In this document: one piece after another, positions 8,398 to 16,947 of the stretch
Position numbering within the stretch: the first letter of the stretch is position 1
Layout of the letters: each line of letters starts with the position of its first letter
Assembly: GCA_038209745.1 (NCBI GenBank)
Contig: JBBQXJ010000077.1
Location: 1-22,633, forward strand
DNA length: 22,633 bases
Direction: 5' to 3'
Source of the DNA: Verrucomicrobiota bacterium
GTDB lineage: Bacteria; Verrucomicrobiota; Verrucomicrobiia; Limisphaerales; CANJSG01
Notes under the pieces: generated by a model
The model's database searches: none
What the model was told of the DNA's origin: nothing
Seen by the model: the letters and a program-made list of their open reading frames with translations, nothing else
Translations under genes and position numbers: made by a program

Positions 8398-9015
8398 TCA
8401 ACGATAGATCACGACCAGAAAGACGACGGCTTCGGCCCTGCCGGCATTGACGATGGCGTGCGGCACATCCGCGCGGTAGGTGGCGGAATCTCCTTCCCCG
8501 AGTTCGGTGGAATCCTTGCTGGACTCGACCCGCACCTTTCCTTTCTCCACGGCCAGGAACTCGCGGGTGCCCTCGTAGTGCGCCGCGCTGCGCAGCTCAC
8601 CGCCGCCGGCTCGCAGGCGGAGCTCGTAGAACTCCACGTCTTTTTCGAGGTTCAGCGGCGAGAGCGTCCGGATCCCGCACTGGCTGTCCGAACGGAAGGT
8701 GTGCGCCTTGTCGTCGGCCCGGATGACCTGGATCGATGAAATGGACGATGGGGCCTCCACCAGATCGGCCAGCGCGAGTCCGAACGCCCGGGCAATGCGG
8801 AACGCCACCGCCAGGGTCGGGTTCGCCTGCCCGCGCTCGATCTGGCTGAGCATCGACCGGCTCACCCCGGAGCTCTGGGCGAGGGATTCGAGCGACCAGC
8901 CCCGCTCCTTCCGGAGCTGCCGCACGCGCTGGCAGAGATGGTCGCCGATCGGATCTCCTGTTTTGGTTTCCGCCTTCTTTCGAGGCGACCGCCTTGTTCG
9001 GGATGCTGCACTCAT
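8398..9015 (-). CDS. XRE-family HTH transcriptional regulator with C-terminal cupin sensor domain
   Basis: HTH_3 motif VRQLRKERGWSLESLAQSSGVSRSMLSQIERGQANPT; cupin motifs AHYEGTREFLAV and GDSATYRADVPH. Start is either ATG 9015 (MSAASR) or ATG 9033 (MSTIQE). Confidence 0.92.
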   Translation of the reverse strand: MSAASRTRRSPRKKAETKTGDPIGDHLCQRVRQLRKERGWSLESLAQSSGVSRSMLSQIERGQANPTLAVAFRIARAFGLALADLVEAPSSISSIQVIRADDKAHTFRSDSQCGIRTLSPLNLEKDVEFYELRLRAGGGELRSAAHYEGTREFLAVEKGKVRVESSKDSTELGEGDSATYRADVPHAIVNAGRAEAVVFLVVIYR

Positions 9016-9096
9016 TTCCTGTATAGTGGACATTGGACTTGCCGGTTCCGGGAAACAGGTTCCAGTATGCCGAAGCAATTTTCCAACATGCTGGAA
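9016..9096. promoter_or_regulatory. Three candidate 16-bp palindromic operators (consensus TTCCAnYATRnTGGAA) in the divergent XRE/tdh promoter region
   Basis: 9016-9031 TTCCTGTATAGTGGAC; 9060-9075 TTCCAGTATGCCGAAG; 9081-9096 TTCCAACATGCTGGAA (7 of 8 pairs palindromic). Confidence 0.6.
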
Positions 9097-9155
9097 ACAC
9101 TCAAGCCGGGGGAAGGTCCCGTTGGCCAGCAAGATATGGAGAAGGTCCACCCAAG

Positions 9156-10181
9156 ATGAAAGCGCTCGTCAAAAGCCGCTCCGAAGCCGGTCTCTGGCTC
9201 GAGGATGTTCCGGAACCCACCCCCGGCCCCAACGACGTCCTGATCCGGGTCCGCAAGACCGGCATCTGCGGCACCGACCTGCATATTTGGAGCTGGGACG
9301 CCTGGGCCCGGAAGACGATTCCCGTGCCGATGACCGTCGGACACGAGTTCGCCGGTGAGATCGTGTCGGTGGGCGCCAACGTCCGCGACTTCTTCCCCGG
9401 CCAGATCGTCAGCGCGGAGGGCCATGTCATCTGCGGTCATTGCCGCAACTGCCTGGCCGGCCGCCGTCATCTCTGCGCCCACACGGTCGGCATCGGCGTG
9501 AACCGCGAAGGCGCTTTCGCCGAATTGATTTCCGTGCCCCAGACCAACGTGTGGGTCCACGCCCCCGGCATCGATCCGGATGTCGCCGCGATCTTCGACC
9601 CGTTCGGCAACGCCGTTCACACCGCCCTTTCCTTCAACTTGTTGGGCGAAGACGTCCTCGTCACAGGGGCCGGTCCGATCGGGATCATGGGCGCCGCCGT
9701 GGCCCGCCATGCCGGTGCGCGCTACGTGGTCATCACCGACATCAATCCGACGCGCCTGGAACTGGCGCGGAAGATGGGGGTGACTTTGGCCGTGAACCCG
9801 AAGGAGAAATCCTTGGCGGACGTGCAGAAGGAGCTCGGCATGACGGAGGGCTTCGATGTCGGATTGGAAATGTCCGGCAACCCGGGCGCGTTCCGCGACA
9901 TGATCGCCAACATGGCCCACGGCGGCAAAATCGCGCTCCTCGGAATTCCCGGCGAGGAAATGGCGATCGACTGGAACGCGGTCGTCTTCTCCATGCTCAC
10001 GATCAAGGGCATCTACGGCCGTGAGATGTATGAGACCTGGTATAAGATGACCGTCATGCTCCAGAGCGGCCTCGACATCCGCCCGGTCATCACCCACCGG
10101 TTCCACTACACGGAATACCGGAAAGCGTTTGAAACCGCCCTGTCGGGCCAATCCGGCAAGGTCGTCCTCGACTGGAACTGA
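9156..10181 (+). CDS. tdh: L-threonine 3-dehydrogenase (Zn-dependent)
   Basis: 341 aa from [24 protein letters not shown], structural-Zn CGHCRNC...[34 protein letters not shown]; adjacent to kbl. Confidence 0.97.
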   Translation: MKALVKSRSEAGLWLEDVPEPTPGPNDVLIRVRKTGICGTDLHIWSWDAWARKTIPVPMTVGHEFAGEIVSVGANVRDFFPGQIVSAEGHVICGHCRNCLAGRRHLCAHTVGIGVNREGAFAELISVPQTNVWVHAPGIDPDVAAIFDPFGNAVHTALSFNLLGEDVLVTGAGPIGIMGAAVARHAGARYVVITDINPTRLELARKMGVTLAVNPKEKSLADVQKELGMTEGFDVGLEMSGNPGAFRDMIANMAHGGKIALLGIPGEEMAIDWNAVVFSMLTIKGIYGREMYETWYKMTVMLQSGLDIRPVITHRFHYTEYRKAFETALSGQSGKVVLDWN

Positions 10182-10205
10182 ACCGGACTCGAATCGAAAC
10201 GAACC

Positions 10206-11390
10206 ATGTCCAAATCGCTGAAAGACCATCTGACCCGCCAGCTCGCCGAGATCGACCAAGCCGGACTCTACAAACGGGAGCGCGTCATCTCGACCCCGCA
10301 GGGAACCCACGTCCGCGTGTCCGACGGCCAGCCGGTTCTCAACCTCTGCGCCAACAACTACCTCGGTCTCGCGCAGCATCCGGAGATCAAGCAGGCCGCG
10401 CACGACGGTCTGGACCGGTGGGGCTACGGCATGGCGAGCGTTCGTTTCATCTGCGGCACGCAGGGCGTCCACAAGCAGCTGGAGCAAAGGTTGTCCGGGT
10501 TTCTCGGCACCGAGGACACGATTCTCTACACGAGTTGCTGGGACGCGAACGGCGGCGTCTTCGAGACCCTTTTCACGGCGGAGGACGCGATCATTTCCGA
10601 CGAGCTGAACCACGCCTCGATCATCGACGGCATCCGACTCTGCAAAGCGCAGCGCCATCGCTACAAGAACAACGACATGGTGGAACTGGAATCGAGGCTG
10701 AAGGAGGCCGCCTCCGCCCGGTTCCGTTTGATCGTGACCGACGGTGTGTTCTCGATGGACGGCTCGATCGCCGATCTCAAATCGATCTGCGACTTGGCCG
10801 ACCGCTACGACGCGTCGGTCATGGTGGACGATTCTCACGCGGTCGGCTTCATGGGGAGGAGCGGTCGCGGCACGCACGAATTCCGCGACGTGATCGGCCG
10901 GATCGACATTCTCACCGGCACGTTCGGCAAGGCTCTGGGCGGAGCCAGCGGTGGCTATGCCAGCGGCCGGCGCGAAATCGTCGACCTGCTGCGCCAACGT
11001 TCGCGTCCGTATCTTTTCAGCAACACGATGGCTCCATCCATTGCCGCCGCGTCGCTGAAGGCCATCGAGATGCTCGCCGGCTCCACCGACCTTCGCGACA
11101 AGCTGGAGCGGAACACGAAACTCTTTCGCGAGGGGATGACGAGGCTTGGGTTCACGATTCTGCCGGGCGAACATCCGATCGTGCCGATCATGCTGGGCGA
11201 CGCCTCGCTGGCGCAGCGGTTCGCCGAGTCCATGCTGGCCGAGGGCGTCTATGTGGTCGGGTTCTTCTATCCGGTGGTGCCGCAGGGCAAGGCGCGCATC
11301 CGCACGCAGATTTCCGCCGCACACAGCGAGGACGATCTGAAGTTCGCGATGGAGAAGTTTGGCAAAGTGAAGGCGGAACTGGGGCTGTGA
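10206..11390 (+). CDS. kbl: 2-amino-3-ketobutyrate CoA ligase (glycine C-acetyltransferase)
   Basis: [36 protein letters not shown]-lysine motif [32 protein letters not shown]. Confidence 0.97.
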   Translation: MSKSLKDHLTRQLAEIDQAGLYKRERVISTPQGTHVRVSDGQPVLNLCANNYLGLAQHPEIKQAAHDGLDRWGYGMASVRFICGTQGVHKQLEQRLSGFLGTEDTILYTSCWDANGGVFETLFTAEDAIISDELNHASIIDGIRLCKAQRHRYKNNDMVELESRLKEAASARFRLIVTDGVFSMDGSIADLKSICDLADRYDASVMVDDSHAVGFMGRSGRGTHEFRDVIGRIDILTGTFGKALGGASGGYASGRREIVDLLRQRSRPYLFSNTMAPSIAAASLKAIEMLAGSTDLRDKLERNTKLFREGMTRLGFTILPGEHPIVPIMLGDASLAQRFAESMLAEGVYVVGFFYPVVPQGKARIRTQISAAHSEDDLKFAMEKFGKVKAELGL

Positions 11391-11442
11391 TGCCGACGAC
11401 AGGCTTGCCTCATGGCGCGCCGCCGGTTCTCGTCGCCGACAT

Positions 11443-12459
11443 ATGTTGATCGGCATCGCGCTCGGGGACGTCACCGGCATCGGTCCAGAGGTGGCACTCA
11501 AGGCCGTGGCCCGGCTGCTGCCGGAATCGGACAGCCGCTACCTCTTGATCGGCCCGGCCGGAACGATCCGCCGGCTTGACGAACATCTGGGCACCGCTCT
11601 GGCTCCGGCGGAACTGACGGAAACCATCTCGCCCACCAACCGGGTCCTCCTTTTCGATCCGTTGGATCAACCTTTGATCGAACCGCTGTCGGCAGGAGAC
11701 CCAGCCTCGGCGGAGGCCGCCATTTCGTTTCTCCGCGAAGGCGCCCGCCGCTGTCTTGCCGGGCAACTCTCGGCCCTGGTCACTGCGCCGGTGAACAAGG
11801 AATCCATCATCAATGCGGGCCACCCCACGTTCGTCGGACAGACGGAACTCTTGTCGGACCTGGCCGGCACCCGCGACACGGCGATGATGCTGCTCGGCAC
11901 CGACGATCGCGGGCGCTGGCTGCGCGTCGCGCTGGTGACCACCCATTTGCCGCTCCGCAAAGTGCCGGACGCCATCACCCGCCCCGCCATCCTGAGAGCC
12001 GTCCGTTTGGCCGCGGACTCCTGTCGTTTGCTCGGTTTGCCGCAGAGCCGGATCGCGGTCTGCGGCCTCAATCCCCATGCGGGAGAAGGCGGACATCTTG
12101 GCCACGAAGAGATCGACGTGATCGCTCCGGCCCTCGAAGAAGCCCGCCAGTCCGGGCTGGATGTGACGGGGCCGTTGAGCGCCGACACCTTGTTCCACGA
12201 CGCCATCGGCGGCCGCTACGACGCCGTGGTGGCCATGTACCACGACCAGGGACTCGCGCCGCTCAAGCTCGCCGCCTTCGACACCGGGGTGAACTGGACA
12301 CTGGGCCTGCCGTTCATCCGCACTTCGCCGGACCACGGCACGGCCCACGACATCGCCGGTCGCGGAATCGCCAATCCCTCCAGCATGATGGCTGCGATCC
12401 GTCTGGCCGAGCAACTGGCCGGTGGCCCAGGCGGAATCGCCGGGAAGACGCGCCGCTGA
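11443..12459 (+). CDS. pdxA: 4-hydroxythreonine-4-phosphate dehydrogenase (PdxA family)
   Basis: GDVTGIGPE, TAPVNK, metal-binding His motifs TTHLPL, NPHAGE, MYHDQG, and VNWTLGLPFIRTSPDHGTA. Assignment to PdxA rather than a PdxA2-type paralog is not certain. Confidence 0.9.
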   Translation: MLIGIALGDVTGIGPEVALKAVARLLPESDSRYLLIGPAGTIRRLDEHLGTALAPAELTETISPTNRVLLFDPLDQPLIEPLSAGDPASAEAAISFLREGARRCLAGQLSALVTAPVNKESIINAGHPTFVGQTELLSDLAGTRDTAMMLLGTDDRGRWLRVALVTTHLPLRKVPDAITRPAILRAVRLAADSCRLLGLPQSRIAVCGLNPHAGEGGHLGHEEIDVIAPALEEARQSGLDVTGPLSADTLFHDAIGGRYDAVVAMYHDQGLAPLKLAAFDTGVNWTLGLPFIRTSPDHGTAHDIAGRGIANPSSMMAAIRLAEQLAGGPGGIAGKTRR

Positions 12460-12514
12460 ACGTTCTACGGATTGCGGTAGAGCGGCCAAGATGTCACCGT
12501 CCCGCACCTAAAAT

Positions 12515-13807
12515 ATGAGACACGGCCCCATCGATCCCGAGCTGTTCATCGGCAACCGCGCACGCTTGGCGAAACAGCTCCTTCCCGGCTCGCTCGCGGT
12601 GGTGAACGCCAACGACGTCGTCACCACCAACGCCGATGCCAGCGGACCGGCTTTTCCCGGTTCCGACCTCTTCTACCTGACCGGGATCGAGCAGGAGGAA
12701 AGCATCCTGCTGCTCGCACCGGACGCGAACGACGAAAAGCTCCGCGAGATCCTGTTCCTGCGGGAAACGAACGACCTGATCGCCCGATGGGAAGGCCACA
12801 AACATTCCAAGGAAGAGGCGCGGAAGATCACCGGCGTCCAGAACGTCAAATGGCTCTCCGAGTTTCCGACCGTCTTCCGGGCGCTCATGTGCGAGGCGCA
12901 GAACGTCTACCTCAACGCCAACGAACACCGCCGCGCCGTGTTGGAACACGACTCGCGCGACGACCGTTTCATCCGCGACTGCCAAAAGCACTTCCCCCTC
13001 CACACCTACCACCGCCTCGCCCGGCTTCTCCACGGGATGCGCCCGGTGAAGTCCCCCGAGGAAGAGCGGCTGATAAAGGAAGCCATCGCCATCACCAAGG
13101 CCGGGTTCGACCGTGTCGCCCGCTTCGTGAAGCCCGGCGTCAACGAATGCGAAGTCGAAGCCGAGTTCATCCATGAATTCACCCGGCGGCGCGGCCGTTT
13201 CGCCTACAATCCGATCATCGCCTCGGGCCAGAACGCGAACGTCCTCCATTACCTTTCCAACGACCAACCCTGTCGCAAGGGAGACCTGCTCCTGCTCGAC
13301 GTCGGAGCCGGCTACGCCAACTACAACGCCGACCTGACCCGCACCATCCCGGTCGACGGAAAATTCACCCGGCGCCAAAAACAGATCTACAACGCGGTTC
13401 TGCGGGTCCTCCGCGGTTCCATCGCCGGACTCGTCCCCGGCAAGTCGCCAAAGGACTGGCAGAAAGAGGCGGAGCAGTTGATGCAGGAAGAACTGCTGAT
13501 GCTCGGCCTGATCAAACCGCGCGACGTGAAGAAGCAGGACCCGGAGAAGCCCGCGCTGAAGAAGTATTTCATGCACGGCGTCGGCCATCCGATCGGTCTC
13601 GACGTGCACGACGTCCAGCTCGTCGGCGAACCGATGCAGGCCGGATGGATCATGACCGTCGAACCCGGCATCTACCTCCAGGAGGAAGGGTTTGCCGTTC
13701 GGCTGGAGAACGACGTTCTCATGACCGCCAAAGGCCCCGTCGATCTGATGGCCCACATCGCGATCGAGACCGACGAAATCGAAGCCCTCATGGCCCGCAA
13801 GCGCTGA
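12515..13807 (+). CDS. pepP: Xaa-Pro aminopeptidase (aminopeptidase P, M24B)
   Basis: N-domain motif DLFYLTG; metal ligands in LLDVGAGYANYNADLTRT, HGVGHPIGLDVHD, TVEPGIY, VRLENDV. Confidence 0.92.
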   Translation: MRHGPIDPELFIGNRARLAKQLLPGSLAVVNANDVVTTNADASGPAFPGSDLFYLTGIEQEESILLLAPDANDEKLREILFLRETNDLIARWEGHKHSKEEARKITGVQNVKWLSEFPTVFRALMCEAQNVYLNANEHRRAVLEHDSRDDRFIRDCQKHFPLHTYHRLARLLHGMRPVKSPEEERLIKEAIAITKAGFDRVARFVKPGVNECEVEAEFIHEFTRRRGRFAYNPIIASGQNANVLHYLSNDQPCRKGDLLLLDVGAGYANYNADLTRTIPVDGKFTRRQKQIYNAVLRVLRGSIAGLVPGKSPKDWQKEAEQLMQEELLMLGLIKPRDVKKQDPEKPALKKYFMHGVGHPIGLDVHDVQLVGEPMQAGWIMTVEPGIYLQEEGFAVRLENDVLMTAKGPVDLMAHIAIETDEIEALMARKR

Positions 13808-13835
13808 ACCGAACGTTCGACCTCGCTTCGCCAAA

Positions 13836-13872
13836 GAATAAGCCCGACCGGCTCGCGCCGGACGGGCTATTC
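13836..13872. terminator. Long hairpin between convergent genes, likely a bidirectional terminator
   Basis: GAATAAGCCCGACCGGC-tcgc-GCCGGACGGGCTATTC: about 15 pairs with one bulge and one mismatch, between the stops of pepP and the 13912-14370 gene. Confidence 0.6.
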
Positions 13873-13911
13873 GGTTCCTCCCACGGGCGACCCTCCCGCA
13901 GGGCGATTCTT

Positions 13912-14370
13912 TTACCAGCGGCCGGGACCACGGCCACGCGGACCTCGGTCATAGCGGTCATAGGGGTCGCCATGGTTTCCGCCGTAGCGTCCGTAGATCA
14001 CGGGGCCGGAGCGGATGATGACCGGCGCCGGTTGATAGACGAAGACGGGCACCGGCTGGATCACCTGCACGACTTGGGGCTGGTAGACGGGGACGGGCTG
14101 GAGCACGACCACTTGGGCCGGTTGCTGGACGTAGACGACCTGCTGCACGACGGCGGGTTGCACGACGACGGGCTGGCTGGAATAGACGTAGGTGGTGGTG
14201 GACTCGCAGGAGGGAGCGAGCACGCTGTGCAGCACGTTGGCAATGGCCACGCCGGTCAGGATCTTGCCGGCGGTCGCCCATTCACGGTCACCCGCGTGGA
14301 CCGAGGGAACACTGGCGGCGATGACTCCGAGAAGCAGACCGCCACAGACAACTTTGTTGATCGTTTTCAT
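13912..14370 (-). CDS. Secreted hypothetical protein, Gln/Pro/Val-rich low complexity (152 aa)
   Basis: ATG 14370 preceded by GAAGGTG (RBS-like); signal peptide MKTINKVVCGGLLLGVIAASVPSVHA; QPVVV-like repeats; Gly/Arg-rich tail. Confidence 0.8.
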   Translation of the reverse strand: MKTINKVVCGGLLLGVIAASVPSVHAGDREWATAGKILTGVAIANVLHSVLAPSCESTTTYVYSSQPVVVQPAVVQQVVYVQQPAQVVVLQPVPVYQPQVVQVIQPVPVFVYQPAPVIIRSGPVIYGRYGGNHGDPYDRYDRGPRGRGPGRW

Positions 14371-14473
14371 AGTTTCACCTTCACGGAAGCAGACCCGATC
14401 CAACGGGGATTATTCGAGAAGCGTGAAAACTATTACGGCCGAAATCCGTGAATAGACCCACCGGTAGGTCGTC

Positions 14474-14492
14474 AGAGGCGCCCGCCGCCTCT
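14474..14492 (-). terminator. Hairpin immediately after the radC stop
   Basis: AGAGGCG-cccgc-CGCCTCT, perfect 7-bp stem; no clear U-tract. Confidence 0.35.
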
Positions 14493-15197
14493 TCAGTGGA
14501 AGAGGCCCAGTTCCTTCAACGATGCAAAGCCCCGCGGACACCGGTCCGACTGCTGGCCGATGATCACATGGTCGATCAGTTCGATCTTCAGCAACTGCCC
14601 GGCACGGATCAGATCACGCGTCACCCGCACATCCGCGTCCGATGGATGCGGATCGCCGCTGGGGTGGTTGTGGACCAGGACGAGGGCTGAAGCGTTGGCG
14701 AGGATTGCTTGGCGGAACACTTCCCGCGGGTGCACCAGAATCGTATCCAACGTGCCCTGCGAAATCCGCTCCGTGCGGATCAACCGGCGGCGCACGTTCA
14801 ACAGCACCGCATGGAACTCCTCCACCTCGGAGAGCCGCAGTTCTTCGCGCATCAGCTCGGCGATGCTTTCCGGGGAATCGAGCAAGGGCGTCTCGCGATG
14901 GACTTCCCGCGCCATCCGCCGCGCCAAGGTGAAGGCGGCTTTCAGAGTGACGGACTTGTCCCGGCCGACACCTTTGACCTGGAGCTGTTCCAACGGCGCC
15001 TTCGCCAAGGAGTCGAGCGAGGGAAACCGGTGGATCAGATCGTGCGCAACATCCAAGGCGGACCGCCCTTGGAGCCCGGTTCGAATGAGGATGGCGACGA
15101 GTTCGGCATTGGACAGTGCCTCGGCTCCGAGACTGGCCAGCCGTTCACGGGGACGCTCCTCTAAGGGCAGATCATGGATCCGCAGGGCTTGGGACAT
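14493..15197 (-). CDS. radC: RadC family (JAB domain) protein
   Basis: Start at MSQALRIHDLP. ERPRERL, helix-hairpin-helix VKGVG, GTLDTILVHPREVF, JAMM motif HNHPSGDPHPSDAD, LIDHVIIG. Confidence 0.95.
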   Translation of the reverse strand: MSQALRIHDLPLEERPRERLASLGAEALSNAELVAILIRTGLQGRSALDVAHDLIHRFPSLDSLAKAPLEQLQVKGVGRDKSVTLKAAFTLARRMAREVHRETPLLDSPESIAELMREELRLSEVEEFHAVLLNVRRRLIRTERISQGTLDTILVHPREVFRQAILANASALVLVHNHPSGDPHPSDADVRVTRDLIRAGQLLKIELIDHVIIGQQSDRCPRGFASLKELGLFH

Positions 15198-15294
15198 GGG
15201 CCGGACGATGAAAGCCGGACGTGGCGGAGTCGAGGGCAACTTGGTCTCCGTTGTGCCTTGCCCGGGATCCGGACAGATGCTGAATTCACCGCAC

Positions 15295-15867
15295 ATGAAG
15301 CTCGGTCTCTACGGCGGTTCCTTCGATCCTGTCCACCTCGGACATCTGCTGGTGGCCCGGGCGGCCCACGAGGAGCTGGGATTGGACCGGGTCGTGTTCA
15401 TCCCCGCGTCCCAGTCGCCCTTCAAGCCGGACCATGTTCCCACGCCGGCGGCGACCCGCACCATGATGCTCCGAATGGCGCTACAGGGTTTGCCCTGGGC
15501 CTCGCTGGACCTGCTGGAGATCGAACGGGGCGGCGTCTCCTACACCGTCGACACCTTGCGCCACTTCCGATCAACCCAACCGGATGCAGAGCTTTTCTAT
15601 CTGATCGGAGGCGACCATGCCCCTTCCCTGCCGCAATGGAAGGACGCCGCCACGCTCGCCACCCTGGCCCGTTTCGTCGTGGTTCCCCGTCCGGGATCAC
15701 CGGCACCGGCGCTCCCAGAGCCGTTCCACGGTGAATCGCTGCGCGGGTTTCCGCTGGGGGTGTCCTCGTCTGAGCTGCAGGCCAGAGTCAGGTCCGGAAA
15801 ACCAATCCGGTTCCTGACACCAGACGCCGTTGCGGATGCAATCGCCACAAATCGGCTTTATCTTTGA
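15295..15867 (+). CDS. nadD: Nicotinate-nucleotide adenylyltransferase
   Basis: MKLGLYGGSFDPVHLGH (HxGH), SYTVDTL, FYLIGGD, VSSS; directly upstream of rsfS, a common gene pair. Confidence 0.95.
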   Translation: MKLGLYGGSFDPVHLGHLLVARAAHEELGLDRVVFIPASQSPFKPDHVPTPAATRTMMLRMALQGLPWASLDLLEIERGGVSYTVDTLRHFRSTQPDAELFYLIGGDHAPSLPQWKDAATLATLARFVVVPRPGSPAPALPEPFHGESLRGFPLGVSSSELQARVRSGKPIRFLTPDAVADAIATNRLYL

Positions 15868-15894
15868 GAATCGCACCCGGTAGCTTCCTCCCCA

Positions 15895-16455
15895 ATGGAT
15901 TCGCTTAAGCTGGCCCTCCTGTGCCACGAATTGGCCGACAACAAAAAGGCCGAAAACACTGTCATCCTCGACGTCCGCAAGCTGTCGAGCATCACGGACT
16001 TCTTCGTCATCACCTCCGGCTCGGCCGAACCCCACATCCGGGCGATCATCGGCGAAATCACCTCCCGCCTCCGGGACGAGCATGGAATCCGCGCAGCGGC
16101 CGTGGATGGGGAGCATCCGACGTCATGGCAGGTGCTCGACTACTTCGACGTCATCATCCACGTGATGAAGGCCGAGACGCGCGCGCGCTACGATCTGGAA
16201 AGCCTTTGGGGAGACGCGCCGCGCGTCGACATTGCGAATCCGCCCACCGCAGAGGCGACTCCCAAAACGACGAAGAAGAAGGCGGCCAAAAAGGTCGCCA
16301 AGAAATCCGCGGTCAAAAAGTCCCCCGCGAAGAAAGAGACCGCAGTGAAGAAGCCGGTTGAGGCCAAGAAGACCGCCGCCAAAAAAGCTGCCACCAACAA
16401 GGTCGCGCCCAAAAAGAAGGTCCCCACCAAAAAGAAGACCGCCGCTAAGTCCTAG
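15895..16455 (+). CDS. rsfS: Ribosome silencing factor RsfS with a Lys/Ala-rich C-terminal extension
   Basis: DNKKAEN, DFFVITSG, WQVLDYFDVIIHVM, RARYDLESLW; followed by a 64-aa tail containing 26 Lys. Confidence 0.95.
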   Translation: MDSLKLALLCHELADNKKAENTVILDVRKLSSITDFFVITSGSAEPHIRAIIGEITSRLRDEHGIRAAAVDGEHPTSWQVLDYFDVIIHVMKAETRARYDLESLWGDAPRVDIANPPTAEATPKTTKKKAAKKVAKKSAVKKSPAKKETAVKKPVEAKKTAAKKAATNKVAPKKKVPTKKKTAAKS

Positions 16456-16494
16456 GAATCAGCGGCGGCCCAAAGCGACGGCGACCTGACAGGA

Positions 16495-16947
16495 TCAGGC
16501 GCCGTGGAGGTCCTCGGGAATATTCGGAGGCGTTTCATCGAGCGGCGGAATCTCGCCGGCCGCTTTGGTCATCTCGTCCACCAGTCGCCGAAATTCCTCC
16601 AAGCCGGTCGATGGGATGATGATGTTCTCGCGTCGCCCGTTCACATCTTCCGTGATTCGGAGAAAACGGCCCCGCGGATTCTCCTTCAAGGTCAGGATGA
16701 ACGTCTTGCGTTCGATCTGGATCTTCTCGGTCCGAAGGGTGTCTTCGCTGACCTGGGGCTTGTGGGAAGTCGGACCGTGGGAATTGCCGGAATTGCCGGA
16801 ATGGTCGGAGTTGCCGGGATTGCCACCACCACTGTCGCCGAAGCCAGCATGGCTGAAGCTCCCGTATTTCGACTGTGACTGCGGCTGCGCCGAAGGCCGC
16901 GTCCTTGGGCGATATCCATACGGCGAGGGTCTCTCGTTCGAAATCAT
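16495..16947 (-). CDS. PUR-repeat (Pur-alpha/DUF3276-like) ssDNA/RNA-binding protein with low-complexity N-terminus
   Basis: Core LRTEKIQIERKTFILTLKENPRGRFLRITEDVNGRRENIIIPSTGLEEFRRLV resembles a PUR repeat (KxFxxxxKENxRGRFLRIxE). Confidence 0.85.
   Translation of the reverse strand: MISNERPSPYGYRPRTRPSAQPQSQSKYGSFSHAGFGDSGGGNPGNSDHSGNSGNSHGPTSHKPQVSEDTLRTEKIQIERKTFILTLKENPRGRFLRITEDVNGRRENIIIPSTGLEEFRRLVDEMTKAAGEIPPLDETPPNIPEDLHGA
16780..16824. repeat. Five imperfect 9-bp tandem repeats inside the PUR gene
   Basis: ggaattgcc ggaattgcc ggaatggtc ggagttgcc gggattgcc; encodes GNP-GNS-DHS-GNS-GNS on the minus strand. Confidence 0.8.

Noticed and set aside
9012..11501. 829-aa minus-strand ORF, and similar long antisense ORFs (3011-4165, 5316-6683, 12494-13834, 19769-21754)
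   Set aside because: They lie opposite well-supported genes and have no recognisable motifs; expected shadows of GC-rich codon usage.
14493..15197. radC as a marker of a mobile element
   Set aside because: Full-length chromosomal-type gene beside nadD-rsfS, with no integrase, transposase or att-like repeats nearby.
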